From Bacteroidales bacterium (lineage in GTDB: Bacteria; Bacteroidota; Bacteroidia; Bacteroidales; JAADJA01), in the NCBI GenBank assembly GCA_020438105.1, contig JAGQVE010000014.1:11977-75976 (forward strand): a stretch of 64,000 nucleotides of DNA. The letters run 5' to 3'. Both the position numbers and the translations under genes were made by a program. Of the stretch, positions 54,057-64,000 are shown in pieces. Each line of letters starts with the position of its first letter. The first letter of the stretch is position 1. A model generated the notes under the pieces. The model was not told where the DNA came from and made no database searches. It saw nothing but the letters and a program-made list of their open reading frames with translations.

Positions 54057-54995
54057 ATGAAAAGATTACTTTTATTCGCAGCACTCCTTATCCTATTAAC
54101 TCATTTTGCGGATGCACAGGAATACCATCCTTTTCCGATGGACAATGCTGCATGGAACACAGTTGGAGATAATTCTTTCTCCGGAAATATCTGGCATTTC
54201 AGGTATGCCGTTTTTGGCGACACCATAATAAATGAAATGGTGTATTCCAAGGTTTATGAAATGTATGATTCCACAATACTAAATCCTAATTCAACCTATT
54301 TTGCAGCTATAAGAGAGAATGATGATAAACAGGTATTTTGCTTAATTCCGGGTTTTGAAGAAACCATTCTGTATGATTTCGGTGCTGAACCTGGTGATGT
54401 GATCATCTACCCTATTGGGGGTGCGCTTTGTGAAGATGGAATAGCATTTTGGGAAACAACACATATTAAAACAGTAAGCAGTGTATCCACCTTTCAACTT
54501 GAAAATGGTGAATCCAGAAAAAAATGGAGTTTTAATGAATTTCTGCAAGATGAATGGGTTGAGGGTATTGGAAGTATCAAATGGTATGGCTTATTCAATC
54601 CCCTGATTTCAGACATAACCCTCTGTGGCGACAATTATCAGTTTGCCTGTTTTAAGCAAAATGACACCACCTTATTTTTAGACAATCCTAATTGCAATCG
54701 TTGTTTTTGCGATAACCTAACGGCAAATACTCCAAACCAATTGGAAACCGGTAATTTAATTGAAATTTCACCAAACCCTGTTCAGGAGCGTTTTAAATTG
54801 AGATCAAGTTATTTCGATTATAAATCAAATCCTGTAATCACGGTCTTTAATATCACAGGAATTACGCAACAAGTGAGCATCATAAGGAATATTGACCATT
54901 ACTTAATTAATTCAAATACTTTATCTACGGGAGTTTATATCGTTAAAATCCAATCAGGTGATAAATTGGAATACGCAAAATTTGTGAAGGAATAA
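54057..54995 (+). CDS. Secreted protein with T9SS (Por) C-terminal sorting domain
   Basis: The start is set at ATG 54057 (signal LLILLTHFADAQ). The C-terminal ~80 aa match the CTD pattern (ISPNPVQERFKL...VFNITG...TGVYIVKI...KFVKE). Confidence 0.7.
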   Translation: MKRLLLFAALLILLTHFADAQEYHPFPMDNAAWNTVGDNSFSGNIWHFRYAVFGDTIINEMVYSKVYEMYDSTILNPNSTYFAAIRENDDKQVFCLIPGFEETILYDFGAEPGDVIIYPIGGALCEDGIAFWETTHIKTVSSVSTFQLENGESRKKWSFNEFLQDEWVEGIGSIKWYGLFNPLISDITLCGDNYQFACFKQNDTTLFLDNPNCNRCFCDNLTANTPNQLETGNLIEISPNPVQERFKLRSSYFDYKSNPVITVFNITGITQQVSIIRNIDHYLINSNTLSTGVYIVKIQSGDKLEYAKFVKE

Positions 54996-55049
54996 AAAAT
55001 GCGCCACGAATAAATTGTGACGCATTTGCTTATTTTCACGTTTGGGTAA

Positions 55050-58000
55050 TTATTGTTTTTCGTCCTTATGAAAAACCTCCTCGGTCATTAAATTCTTAAC
55101 AATTACATTGAGCAATTGCATTTTGGTATACGGTTTTGCAATGTAATCCGTACAACCGGCATCCAAACATTTTTGCCTTTCGTCAGCCATGGCGTAAGCT
55201 GTTTGAGCAATTATTGGCACATCCTGGTTTAGTTTTCTGATCTCACGTGTTGCCTCATAGCCATTTAATCCAGGGACTTTTATATCCATCAGAATTACAT
55301 CAATGTTTCCATTGTTTTTTTCAAAAATACGCACTGCACTGTCACCATCTGTTACATGTTTGAGATGCACATTGCTTGATCTGAAAATACTTTCAATGAG
55401 CATGAAATTAGTAAATTCATCCTCAACAACCAGGATATTTTTACCCTCAAGTAGCGCCGGATTAACTTCTGCATCCGATGGATCGATTTGCTGAATAGTA
55501 TCTACTTCCGTGTCGTAGGGTAAGGTAAAAAAGAAAGTAGAACCCTTACCAACTTCACTTTCAACCCACATTTCACCACCAAGTAACTGGGTTAACTTTT
55601 TACTAATAGCAAGGCCTAATCCTGTTCCATCAAAATTACGGGTATAGGTTTCCTCCACCTGCCGGAATCGCTGGAATATCACAATCAGTTTATCCGCAGG
55701 TATTCCGATTCCGGTATCTTTTACATAAAATAAAATTTTATCAGGAAAATCAATCCGATAACCAAATTCAACCTCGCCGGTATCGGTAAATTTGATGGCA
55801 TTATTAATGAGATTTGAAAGTATTTGTTTTAATCGTGTTGGATCAGTCACAATTTTTGTACTTCTGTTTTGACAATCTTTTGGAATGGTCAAACTAACAG
55901 CTTCCTTGTTTTTATTTTTAATATGCTCATGAAAGGTGAGGAAAAGTTCAGAAAACATGGTATCAAGATAACATTCCTCTTTGATAACTTTTACCTGACC
56001 GGCCTCTATTTTGGAGATATCAATGATATCATTTATCAACTTTAAAAGCGTATTGCCGCCATTTGTAATGTATTGAAGATATGTTTGCTGTTCAATAGGA
56101 TCAAGATCCGGTTCTTTCATCAGGTCGGCAAAGCCTATAATGCTGTTTACAGGTGTTCTGATCTCGTGGCTCATATTAGCGAGAAAGGCAGTTTTCAATT
56201 TATCTGCCTGTTCGGCACTTACCTGAGCTTTCCTTCGTTCTTCCGCTTCCGTTTGCAATTCGAGCGTTTTTTCACTTACCAGCATCTCAAGCCTGACTTT
56301 TTGCTCGCGTATGGATTTAAACCGCCACCAAAAAATGAAGTAAGTAATACCTCCCAACAGTAATATCATTAGCGCCCTGAACCAAACCGTTTGCCATAGT
56401 GGAGGCAAAATAGTGAAGGTTATAGTTGTCGGTTCTACATTCCAAACCCCGTCGTTATTAGCTGATTTTACTTTAAATGTGTATGTTCCCGGTGGGATAT
56501 TGGTGTAAGTTGTTGCAGTGGTTTTTGTGAGTGGATTCCAGTCATCATCAAAATTCTCAAGTTTTACACGATATCTTATTTTATCGGGTGCAATATGACT
56601 TATTCCGACATAATCAAAAGTAAGGTGGTTTTTTGTGTAAGGGAGCTCAAGACCCTGCGGAAGACCTGTGCGAAGATCAAATCCGGCGGTGTATAGATTG
56701 AAGTCATTTTCTTCAAAAAACAAACGAATATCCTCTATTACCGTTATCGGAGGGATTGCATTCATGCGATCAAGCCGTGTATTGAATTTCACAACGCCAT
56801 TCATGGTACCAAACCAAAGAACTCCGTTATCACCTACACAAGCAGCATTTTGGTTATTTTCGATACCCAGAAAGCCTTCGTCCACACCGTAATGTTTAAA
56901 GGTTTCTGTAACCGGATCGAGGCGATCTAAACCCGAGTTTGTGCCAATCCAGATATAATCCTTTTCATCACATAAAATGCTAAAGGGACTATCTGAACTT
57001 AATCCATCTTCAATATTAAGGTTTGAAAACTCATTGCCATCAAACTTAAATATTCCACCGCCAATTGAAGCAATCCAGAGGTTATTGTGGCTGTCGTGGG
57101 TAATAGCTCCCGTACTTAAATTAGTTAAACCATCCGTTTCATTGAAAATTTTAAAATTCTGACCATCGTATTTTGTGAGGCCTTTATCATCACTTCCAAA
57201 CCAAAGATTTCCAAATTCGTCGCGGTGAATAACCCAGAATTTATTGCTGCACAATCCATCTTCCTGCGTGTAAGTTTTAAAAGAACCATTGTCATTATTG
57301 CTGTTATAAATAAATTCGGAAACACCATATTTGAGTGTCGCAAACCAAACGTTCCCATTTATATCTTCATTGATAGCCAGCACTGATTGGGTGATCATAC
57401 CATCACGCTTATCAAAAAACCGCATTTTCCCGGTTTGTGGATTATATCTTACCAGTGGTCCTTCAGAATAGAAACCGAGCCACACAAATCCACGAGAATC
57501 CTGAAAAAGAACATCCACAGAATTGTGTGGCAAACCCTCGGAGGTGGTGAGATAATCGAATTTTTTACCATCATATATGCCAACGCCCTTTTCCGTTGAT
57601 ATCCATAAGTTCTTTTGGTTATCCTCCATTACAGATGTCACCACGTTACTTGGTAATCCGGTTTCATCATCAAACAGCATAAATTTATCACCGGGATATT
57701 TAAACACACCCAGATTCATTGTTCCTATCCATATATTTTCCTCACGATCGACAAAAACGGTATTGGTTTCGTTTCGATAAAAACCGGTACCTCTGAACTC
57801 ATAATCAAATTCACCATTTTCAAACCGAAAAACTCCCAACTCATGAGCACCCCAAACTACACCTGAAGGATCCTGAATTATGTTTTGAATAGAAGTTACT
57901 GAAATTCCCGGATCAAAGGGGTAAAATTCCAAAACTTTCATTTCCTTACTTTCGGTTATTTCAATGAGCACCAATCCTTCATATCCCAATAGCCAATAAT

Positions 58001-58676
58001 GATGGTCGTCATGATGCGCTATCGATATTACACTTGCTATCGGGAGTCCACTATTATCATCGGTAAAGTTTCGGAATGAAAAATGTTCGGCAGTCTGGTC
58101 GGTTTGCAACACCGTTAATCCACCCATTGAGGCAATAAGCAACTGGTTGGTTTGTGTAAGTTTGATATCGGTAATATCCACTGAAGGGAGATTTGCATTT
58201 ACATCCGGATTTTTAAAACTTTCAACTCTCAATTCTTTTTCTGCGGGTAAAAGAATGATTCCGTCATTGTAGGTCCCTAACCAAATATTTCCTGAATGAT
58301 CCTCACAAATGGCATTGATCTGGTCATCCGAAACATGCAAATGTATCAGGCTATCCTGAATTTTAACAGTGAGCCCTTTGTATCTGTGTCCAAACCAATA
58401 GCGGTTTCTTGAATCCTGTAAAATGCTGGTAATATGATTATCACCCAGGCCATGACGGGTGTCAAAGTTTTCAAAGCTATTACCATTATATTTGGTAACA
58501 CCTCCCTGTGTTCCCAACCAGATATTACCGGTATAATCCTGGTAAATAGTTAACACCGATGATTGCGGCAAACCATCGTCGAGAGAGTAATGAATAAGTA
58601 TGCTTTGCTGCCCCTTTACTGTATACCCTGAAACAACCACCAAAAAAATCAGGGTGAATCTTAGAATCGATTTCAT
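55050..58676 (-). CDS. Hybrid sensor histidine kinase/response regulator with periplasmic two-component-regulator propeller (Y_Y_Y) domain
   Basis: Repeated NxWxGT propeller blades and a TM segment. H-box FLANMSHEIRTPVN, HATPase G-box GTGLGLAISK, C-terminal REC (ILMDIKVPGLNG). The start is set at ATG 58676, because a strong terminator lies inside the longer ORF's extension. Confidence 0.9.
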   Translation of the reverse strand: MKSILRFTLIFLVVVSGYTVKGQQSILIHYSLDDGLPQSSVLTIYQDYTGNIWLGTQGGVTKYNGNSFENFDTRHGLGDNHITSILQDSRNRYWFGHRYKGLTVKIQDSLIHLHVSDDQINAICEDHSGNIWLGTYNDGIILLPAEKELRVESFKNPDVNANLPSVDITDIKLTQTNQLLIASMGGLTVLQTDQTAEHFSFRNFTDDNSGLPIASVISIAHHDDHHYWLLGYEGLVLIEITESKEMKVLEFYPFDPGISVTSIQNIIQDPSGVVWGAHELGVFRFENGEFDYEFRGTGFYRNETNTVFVDREENIWIGTMNLGVFKYPGDKFMLFDDETGLPSNVVTSVMEDNQKNLWISTEKGVGIYDGKKFDYLTTSEGLPHNSVDVLFQDSRGFVWLGFYSEGPLVRYNPQTGKMRFFDKRDGMITQSVLAINEDINGNVWFATLKYGVSEFIYNSNNDNGSFKTYTQEDGLCSNKFWVIHRDEFGNLWFGSDDKGLTKYDGQNFKIFNETDGLTNLSTGAITHDSHNNLWIASIGGGIFKFDGNEFSNLNIEDGLSSDSPFSILCDEKDYIWIGTNSGLDRLDPVTETFKHYGVDEGFLGIENNQNAACVGDNGVLWFGTMNGVVKFNTRLDRMNAIPPITVIEDIRLFFEENDFNLYTAGFDLRTGLPQGLELPYTKNHLTFDYVGISHIAPDKIRYRVKLENFDDDWNPLTKTTATTYTNIPPGTYTFKVKSANNDGVWNVEPTTITFTILPPLWQTVWFRALMILLLGGITYFIFWWRFKSIREQKVRLEMLVSEKTLELQTEAEERRKAQVSAEQADKLKTAFLANMSHEIRTPVNSIIGFADLMKEPDLDPIEQQTYLQYITNGGNTLLKLINDIIDISKIEAGQVKVIKEECYLDTMFSELFLTFHEHIKNKNKEAVSLTIPKDCQNRSTKIVTDPTRLKQILSNLINNAIKFTDTGEVEFGYRIDFPDKILFYVKDTGIGIPADKLIVIFQRFRQVEETYTRNFDGTGLGLAISKKLTQLLGGEMWVESEVGKGSTFFFTLPYDTEVDTIQQIDPSDAEVNPALLEGKNILVVEDEFTNFMLIESIFRSSNVHLKHVTDGDSAVRIFEKNNGNIDVILMDIKVPGLNGYEATREIRKLNQDVPIIAQTAYAMADERQKCLDAGCTDYIAKPYTKMQLLNVIVKNLMTEEVFHKDEKQ

Positions 58677-58764
58677 AGAAAAATATTGAGAGATCAATAA
58701 CAATAAATACTTCATACGCATTGATTGGTGAGGGGTTACAAGTGATTGAGAATTGGGAAATGAC

Positions 58765-58799
58765 ATAAAAAAAGCGATCCGCCCGTTGGCGGATCGCTT
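58765..58799 (-). terminator. Rho-independent terminator of the S46 peptidase gene
   Basis: Perfect 12-bp stem AAGCGATCCGCC/GGCGGATCGCTT with a 4-nt loop. A run of seven T follows on the minus strand. Confidence 0.85.
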
Positions 58800-58819
58800 G
58801 ATCATTCGAACTAAAAATA

Positions 58820-61000
58820 TTATTCTATAATGGTAAGCTCATCAATCAGATTTTGAGCTCCTGCAAATTTATCAATGATAAACAATACGTACCTCGAATC
58901 AACGCAAATGGTTCTTTGCAATTCAGGCTCAAAGGCGATATCGCCACTCATTGCTTCCCAATTACCATCAAAGGCCAATCCGATCAATTCTCCATTTCCG
59001 TTTATTACAGGGCTCCCGGAGTTTCCACCGGTAATATCGTTGGTAGTAAGAAAACAAGTTACCAATTGACCATCTTTACCGTAACGGCCAAAATCTTTAG
59101 CCTCAAAAAGCTCCTTTAATTTTTTAGGGACGATAAATTCAGGATTGGTTGTATCTTCTTTTTCCATCACACCATAAAGGTGAGTTACATAATCATAATG
59201 AACAGCGTCGGCCGGATAATAATCCTGCACGGAACCATAGGATAAACGCATGGTAGAATTGGCATCCGGATAAAATACTTTATCAGATTCCATTTCCATT
59301 AATCCTGCAACAAATAACCTGCTGCCCTTATCCAAATCGCTCTGCGAACTATAATAAGCGGCTAAAGAACTCATAAAACCTTCCATAACCTGACCGGATA
59401 ATTTATATGCTGGATCTTTTGTCAGTATTTTGACTTTTGGATTATCAAAAAATGTATTCAGTTTCTCTTCACTTGCAAAAATTGATTTTGAAAATACATC
59501 AGCAGCAAACTTATTGTAATCGCCTTTATACTTTTTTGTAATCCCTTTCAAAAATTCAGGCTGACTTTCCACAGGGATATTTTTTGCAAACATGGCATAC
59601 ATTCCAGCCAGCATTTTTTCATCGGTAGGCGCATTATAATCTTTAAAATATTCGGCCATACCTTCTCTCAGGTATTCAATAGTCTGGCCCGGAGCTTCAG
59701 GGTTATCTTTTATTTCTTCTAATTGCTTTTCCAACTGTGTAAACTCTTGCGCATAATTTATAATTGCTGGACTCATTAACGCAAAGTTATAATACATGAA
59801 CATTGCAAACGGGTCTTCATGTTGAGAATATCCACTTTCAATCAGATCAAGTGCCTCACCATAATTCTCTTTCCTTTCTTGATTTTGACCAATCCAGGCA
59901 ATAAATTTATCCTCGAGGGCTTTCTTTTTGCCATAAACATCCAAATGTTTAACACCCCTGGATTGACCTATCAGATATTTCCAATAATTAGCTAATCCAG
60001 CATAGGTTGAGGCATACTTAATTTCAACCTCTTCATCAGCATCCATGTCTTCCTTCATGATTTCAAGACTTTTGCCAAGTATATCAATCAAAGTAGGGTT
60101 GCTATGATCCAGCGCAAAACGTACTCCATAGGAAGTCATATACCTATTGGTGCTACCGGGATAACCCCAAATCATGGCAAAGTCATCTTTTTCAACGCCC
60201 TTGATTGAAACAGGGAGGTGATGTTTGGGAGTTAACGGAACATTATCTTCTGAATAATCAGCAGGCGAACCATCAGGCGCTGAATATACTCTGAATATAG
60301 AGAAATCGCCGGTGTGGCGGGGCCACATCCAGTTATCAGTATCTCCACCGTATTTTCCTATATCGGAAGGAGGTGCTCCAACCAGTCTTACATCGGTATA
60401 AACAAGGTAAATGAAGCGGTAATATTCGTTTCCTTCAAAAAAGCTTTTAACAACCACATTGTATTTTCCATCTTCATTTGCCGATTCTTTGAGTTTGCCC
60501 TGCAATTCGCGCACCTTTGCACTTCTTTGACCTTCGGTCATGGTATCGGATAAAAACGGGACTATGCTATCGGTAACATCATCCATTCTTACCAGAAAAG
60601 AAGCTGAAAGGGCTTCATTTGGAAGTTCTTCATCAAAACTTCTGGCCCAGAATCCATCACGTAAATAGTTATGTTCGACGGAACTGTGTTGCTGAATAAT
60701 GTCGTATCCGCAATGATGATTGGTGAACAACAGGCTTTTGTCGGAAACAATTTCGCCTGTGCAAAAATATCCGCTTGGCGTAGCACTTCCTGAAAGTCCA
60801 ACGATGGCATCCTTAATGCTGGAATTGTTTATACTATAAATTTCTTCTGCTGTAAGCTGCAATCCCATTTTTTGCATATCAGTGTAATTGAGCCGATCAA
60901 CAAAAATGGGAAGCCACATTCCTTCATCAGGCGGGTTAAAAGCAAAGGAGTTGATTCCAATGGCCATCACCGCAACGATCATTAGTAAAATCTTTTTCAT
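58820..61000 (-). CDS. S46-family dipeptidyl-peptidase (DPP7/DPP11-like)
   Basis: Signal peptide. Catalytic His context FTNHHCGYD and Ser context TNDITGGNSGSPVING. Length of about 720 aa. Confidence 0.9.
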   Translation of the reverse strand: MKKILLMIVAVMAIGINSFAFNPPDEGMWLPIFVDRLNYTDMQKMGLQLTAEEIYSINNSSIKDAIVGLSGSATPSGYFCTGEIVSDKSLLFTNHHCGYDIIQQHSSVEHNYLRDGFWARSFDEELPNEALSASFLVRMDDVTDSIVPFLSDTMTEGQRSAKVRELQGKLKESANEDGKYNVVVKSFFEGNEYYRFIYLVYTDVRLVGAPPSDIGKYGGDTDNWMWPRHTGDFSIFRVYSAPDGSPADYSEDNVPLTPKHHLPVSIKGVEKDDFAMIWGYPGSTNRYMTSYGVRFALDHSNPTLIDILGKSLEIMKEDMDADEEVEIKYASTYAGLANYWKYLIGQSRGVKHLDVYGKKKALEDKFIAWIGQNQERKENYGEALDLIESGYSQHEDPFAMFMYYNFALMSPAIINYAQEFTQLEKQLEEIKDNPEAPGQTIEYLREGMAEYFKDYNAPTDEKMLAGMYAMFAKNIPVESQPEFLKGITKKYKGDYNKFAADVFSKSIFASEEKLNTFFDNPKVKILTKDPAYKLSGQVMEGFMSSLAAYYSSQSDLDKGSRLFVAGLMEMESDKVFYPDANSTMRLSYGSVQDYYPADAVHYDYVTHLYGVMEKEDTTNPEFIVPKKLKELFEAKDFGRYGKDGQLVTCFLTTNDITGGNSGSPVINGNGELIGLAFDGNWEAMSGDIAFEPELQRTICVDSRYVLFIIDKFAGAQNLIDELTIIE

Positions 61001-61172
61001 CTGTTTTTTGTATTTAAATAAATTGATTAAAAAAATAAATTCTGAATTTCCCGAAAATTATGCCGTTAATTACAAATTATTGGTTTTTAGCCTAATAGAT
61101 TACTGAACCACTTTTGGCATTTAATACAATTGTTCGGTAGTAAATCAGCCCTGTTCATTGACGGACAATCTG

Positions 61173-62834
61173 CTATAAACCCAACATTTGAGGTCCCTGG
61201 TCAAATTCAATATCAACGGGAATTCCGGCCTCATTCAACTTATCCAGATCTGTCTGCAATTCGGCAGGAATAACGCCTTTCTCCTCAAGCAATTTAATAG
61301 CGGCTTCCATATCACCATCCCCCTGAATTTTTAAGATAAGTTGAGTAAGTTCCTTTGAAGCAGTTTTCATGTTTTCGATATCAATACTGTAAGTTCCGTC
61401 TTCATTTTTTGTAAAAGCATTTCTTTCACTGAAAAAATTAAACCTTACCATATTGGCTTTACCATGTGCACTGGCAGCCCCAAAACGCACTGAACGGAAT
61501 ATACCGGCCATAAAAGTTACATAATTATCCATCAGGTCGGTATCAGTAAATTCGCCCATTTCATGTAACCTGGTAACGAGGTATAATCCAAGAATGTCCG
61601 CTTTACCTTCTTCAATTGCACTGTATTGAGCCTGCAATGCATGCCTTACGGTTCCCTCACCTGTAATTGTGTTTTTAATACCCATTCCATGGGCTACTTC
61701 ATGAAACATGGTATTTGAAAAGAAAGCATCGAAGGTGATATATTTTTGCTGATCGGCTGATATGAGTTTCTCAGCGATGGGCACAAGAATATGGTCAAAC
61801 TTAGCCTTCATGGCATTTTTTAATTGCAGTTTGCGGGTTCCTTTGGCCAATTGAACTTCTTCATCATTTGGCAGGTTAATGGCGATGGTTTTGCCGGCTT
61901 TATTACAATCTCCGGCATAATAAACCACATCATAAGCATTTAAATCAGCATCCGAACCTGGAGTTTCCTGCTTATAAACCGGATCAACCGGCAATTCCTT
62001 TTGAAGCTGGGGAAGGAAAGCCGCATAACGTGAAAGTTTTTCACTCCATTCGCGGTCTTTAATTAAAATGTATGACTCATGAGCTGCCTTATAACCATAC
62101 AAATTATCAGCATAATTTTCGATGGGCCCGATCACCAGATCAACATTGTTATTCTTCACATCCAGCCAGGCCATATCGCTCGCCTGGTATTGATCGGTGA
62201 GTAGCGCTTCGGCCCGAAGTGCAAGGTAATTTGCAAACTCAGGATCTCCGGCAAGCTCAGAAGCTTTTTTAAGCAAATCCGCAGCCTGATTAATCTGATC
62301 ATTATAGGCCTCATGGTACCATACTGATTGCAATGCACCATTTTCAGCACGTCTGATCAAAGTATACTGGCTCGTTTTATTCGGATCTTCAAAAGCTTCA
62401 AATTCTTCTTTGGTCATATCAACCGGGTAAAAATTAGCTCCTGCTGGTTTTTCACCGTAACCTCCAATAAAAGATTTTAATCCGTCCAGCTCGTCCCAAG
62501 GGCCATAGTTTATTTCTGCAAACTCACGGGCATAATTACTTTCGATGGAAGACAGTAGCTGCTCTTTATCACCAAAATTTTGCATCCAAAATATATCATC
62601 AATTAAATCTGCTGCCTTAAACAATAGCCGGAGCATTTCTTTTTCATTGTCAGTTAGGTGCGAAATATCGGAGGTTAACTTAACCGATACATATTTATCT
62701 ACCAATTCTTTCATGGTATCATTTGTTACTGAATTCACGGCAGAACTTTCAATTTTGGTTCTGTTACCCTGGCAACTGATCATTACAGCAGCAACTGTAA
62801 GAATCAATCCGGAAAAAATAATTTTTTTAAACAT
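61173..62834 (-). CDS. Putative zinc metallopeptidase lipoprotein (HExxH ... EExxAD, DPP III/M49-like)
   Basis: Lipobox MISC. Motifs FHEVAHGMG and EEGKADILG. The family assignment is tentative. Confidence 0.5.
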   Translation of the reverse strand: MFKKIIFSGLILTVAAVMISCQGNRTKIESSAVNSVTNDTMKELVDKYVSVKLTSDISHLTDNEKEMLRLLFKAADLIDDIFWMQNFGDKEQLLSSIESNYAREFAEINYGPWDELDGLKSFIGGYGEKPAGANFYPVDMTKEEFEAFEDPNKTSQYTLIRRAENGALQSVWYHEAYNDQINQAADLLKKASELAGDPEFANYLALRAEALLTDQYQASDMAWLDVKNNNVDLVIGPIENYADNLYGYKAAHESYILIKDREWSEKLSRYAAFLPQLQKELPVDPVYKQETPGSDADLNAYDVVYYAGDCNKAGKTIAINLPNDEEVQLAKGTRKLQLKNAMKAKFDHILVPIAEKLISADQQKYITFDAFFSNTMFHEVAHGMGIKNTITGEGTVRHALQAQYSAIEEGKADILGLYLVTRLHEMGEFTDTDLMDNYVTFMAGIFRSVRFGAASAHGKANMVRFNFFSERNAFTKNEDGTYSIDIENMKTASKELTQLILKIQGDGDMEAAIKLLEEKGVIPAELQTDLDKLNEAGIPVDIEFDQGPQMLGL

Positions 62835-63193
62835 GGATAAAGATCATTTTATTATGGTGCCAAAATTATATAAAACTGTTTACATTCAGTGACAATAATC
62901 CGTATTAATCTGAGGGTTAATCATTATAAATTTATAATTATAAATCACTTATTATCATCTATTTTTCGATGCAACCATAATATTTAAGTTCTTGTCTTAC
63001 CCTCGTATTTTCTGGCTGAAATAACCCAGATCGTTCTTTGGCAAAAACAGGCTTTCTGTAAGGTTTATGATTAGCATTGGTAAAACCGGTAATTTTTTGT
63101 ACTTTTACGGCATATGTTATTAATACCCTTATTTATAACATTTTACAAAATTTAGGTTTTATTCTTACCTGAAAAAGGTTGTTTGGCTGATTC

Positions 63194-63739
63194 ATGTTTT
63201 CTGAAGAAGAACTAATCCAGGGGTGCATTGAGCAGAATGCAAAGGCGCAGGAATACTTTTACAAGCGCTATTCTCCAAAAATGTATGGAGTTTGTCTTCG
63301 TTTTGCTAAAAATCAAATGGAGGCGGATGACATCATGCAAGAAGGATTTATCAAAGTTTTTCTAAATTTAAAATCATTCCGAAACGAAGGGTCACTCGAA
63401 GGTTGGATTCGTCGAACCATTGTAAATACGGCCATCAATCTTTACAAGAAAAATATTAAGTATCAAAAAGACATTGAGATCGATCAGGCCGAAGGTATTC
63501 AAAACCATGAATCGGGCGCTTTCGATAATCTTTGTGCCGAAGAATTGCTTAAACTCATAACCGAACTTCCGGCAGGCTACCGAATGGTATTCAACCTGAA
63601 TATTATTGAAGGATATACCCATAAGGAAATCAGCCAACTTCTAGATATATCTGAAAACACCTCAAAATCACAGTTATCAAGAGCAAGGCAAACCTTACAA
63701 CGAAAACTTGAAGAGCTAAAAAACAAGGAAAAATTTTAG
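63194..63739 (+). CDS. ECF-type RNA polymerase sigma-70 factor
   Basis: Region 2 (DIMQEGFIKVF, WIRRTIVNTAIN) and region 4 (GYTHKEISQLLDISENTSKSQLSRARQ). Confidence 0.9.
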   Translation: MFSEEELIQGCIEQNAKAQEYFYKRYSPKMYGVCLRFAKNQMEADDIMQEGFIKVFLNLKSFRNEGSLEGWIRRTIVNTAINLYKKNIKYQKDIEIDQAEGIQNHESGAFDNLCAEELLKLITELPAGYRMVFNLNIIEGYTHKEISQLLDISENTSKSQLSRARQTLQRKLEELKNKEKF

Positions 63740-64000
63740 ATGAGCGAAAACTTTAAAAATATCGATGATCTTTTCAGGGACAAGTTCGAAAACTTCGAAC
63801 AGAATCCTCCAATTCATATTTGGGAAAATGTAAAGGCCGGCATCGCAACCAATGGCGGACCAAAAGGAGGTTTGCGCGGAGGAATTGCAGGATTCACTGC
63901 CTTACTGATCATCATCGGTACTGTTTTGGTTTACCTTTTAAGTAATTCTTTTACCATTCAAAATCCAGCTGATCAAACCGTGCAATCTGCCACAATTACT
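63740..64000 (+). CDS. Putative anti-sigma/membrane protein, N-terminal fragment (3' end lies outside the window)
   Basis: My own translation from the ATG directly after the sigma gene's stop gives MSENFKNIDDLFRDKFENFEQNPPIHIWENVKAGI...GFTALLIIIGTVLVYLL. This has one TM helix and stays open to the window end. It is not in the supplied ORF track. Confidence 0.5.
   Translation, partial: MSENFKNIDDLFRDKFENFEQNPPIHIWENVKAGIATNGGPKGGLRGGIAGFTALLIIIGTVLVYLLSNSFTIQNPADQTVQSATIT

Noticed and set aside
1-64000. Looked for rRNA, tRNA, tmRNA, integrase, transposase, phage genes, toxin-antitoxin pairs and riboswitch-like leaders.
   Set aside because: No T-loop/acceptor-like tRNA signatures or rRNA-like stretches were noticed by eye. 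No ORF shows recombinase or transposase motifs. Absence of small RNAs cannot be proven without covariance-model scans.

Overview
This window is about 40% GC and looks like Bacteroidota chromosome. Supporting signs are a T9SS C-terminal sorting domain, an S46 dipeptidyl-peptidase, LytS/LytTR and Y_Y_Y regulators, and many lipoprotein signal peptides. I found no rRNA, tRNA, CRISPR array, transposase or integrase.

Layout:
- 1-21.6 kb: mostly housekeeping and sensory genes. These include two paralogous LytS/LytTR two-component pairs. One pair is followed by a REC-adenylate cyclase, the other is translationally coupled to a lipoprotein with five CBM-like repeats. Also here are a compact type II restriction-modification pair, tadA, a 2OG oxygenase, and a transglutaminase/DUF3857 pair.
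- 21.7-47.8 kb: a mosaic metal(loid)-resistance region. It holds DUF302, GDCCVxC and DsrE-like genes; a czcCBA-type RND operon on the minus strand; an arsR-arsC-arsM-ACR3 operon; then a second RND operon on the plus strand. That second operon encodes a 1280-aa CusA-like pump, TolC, an adaptor with a metal-binding domain, a P1B-type Cu/Ag ATPase, and an OmpR/HK pair. Hand counts of single 60-nt lines give roughly 53-60% GC in the RND/ATPase genes against roughly 40% elsewhere.
- 48-64 kb: GH127 arabinofuranosidase; an Fnr-like regulator with a decaheme lipoprotein cytochrome and a double-rhodanese lipoprotein; a T9SS cargo protein; a hybrid sensor kinase; two peptidases; and an ECF sigma/anti-sigma pair.

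The most unusual signals are non-coding:
1. The 3' end of the ACR3 arsenite pump gene occurs three times. There are two near-identical copies in a ~449-bp tandem unit, plus a divergent in-frame relic C-terminus with its own stop. This resembles repeated site-specific insertion into the gene's 3' end.
2. A conserved four-hairpin module of about 165 nt lies inside that unit and recurs in tandem at 45.0-45.3 kb. Stems are preserved while loops differ.
3. A CACAGAT-unit inverted-repeat family brackets individual genes of the island (the DsrE-like gene and arsM).
4. Two operator-like palindrome/array sites lie in intergenic gaps.

All calls come from reading motifs in the supplied translations and the DNA. 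No database searches were run, and identity values are by-eye estimates.
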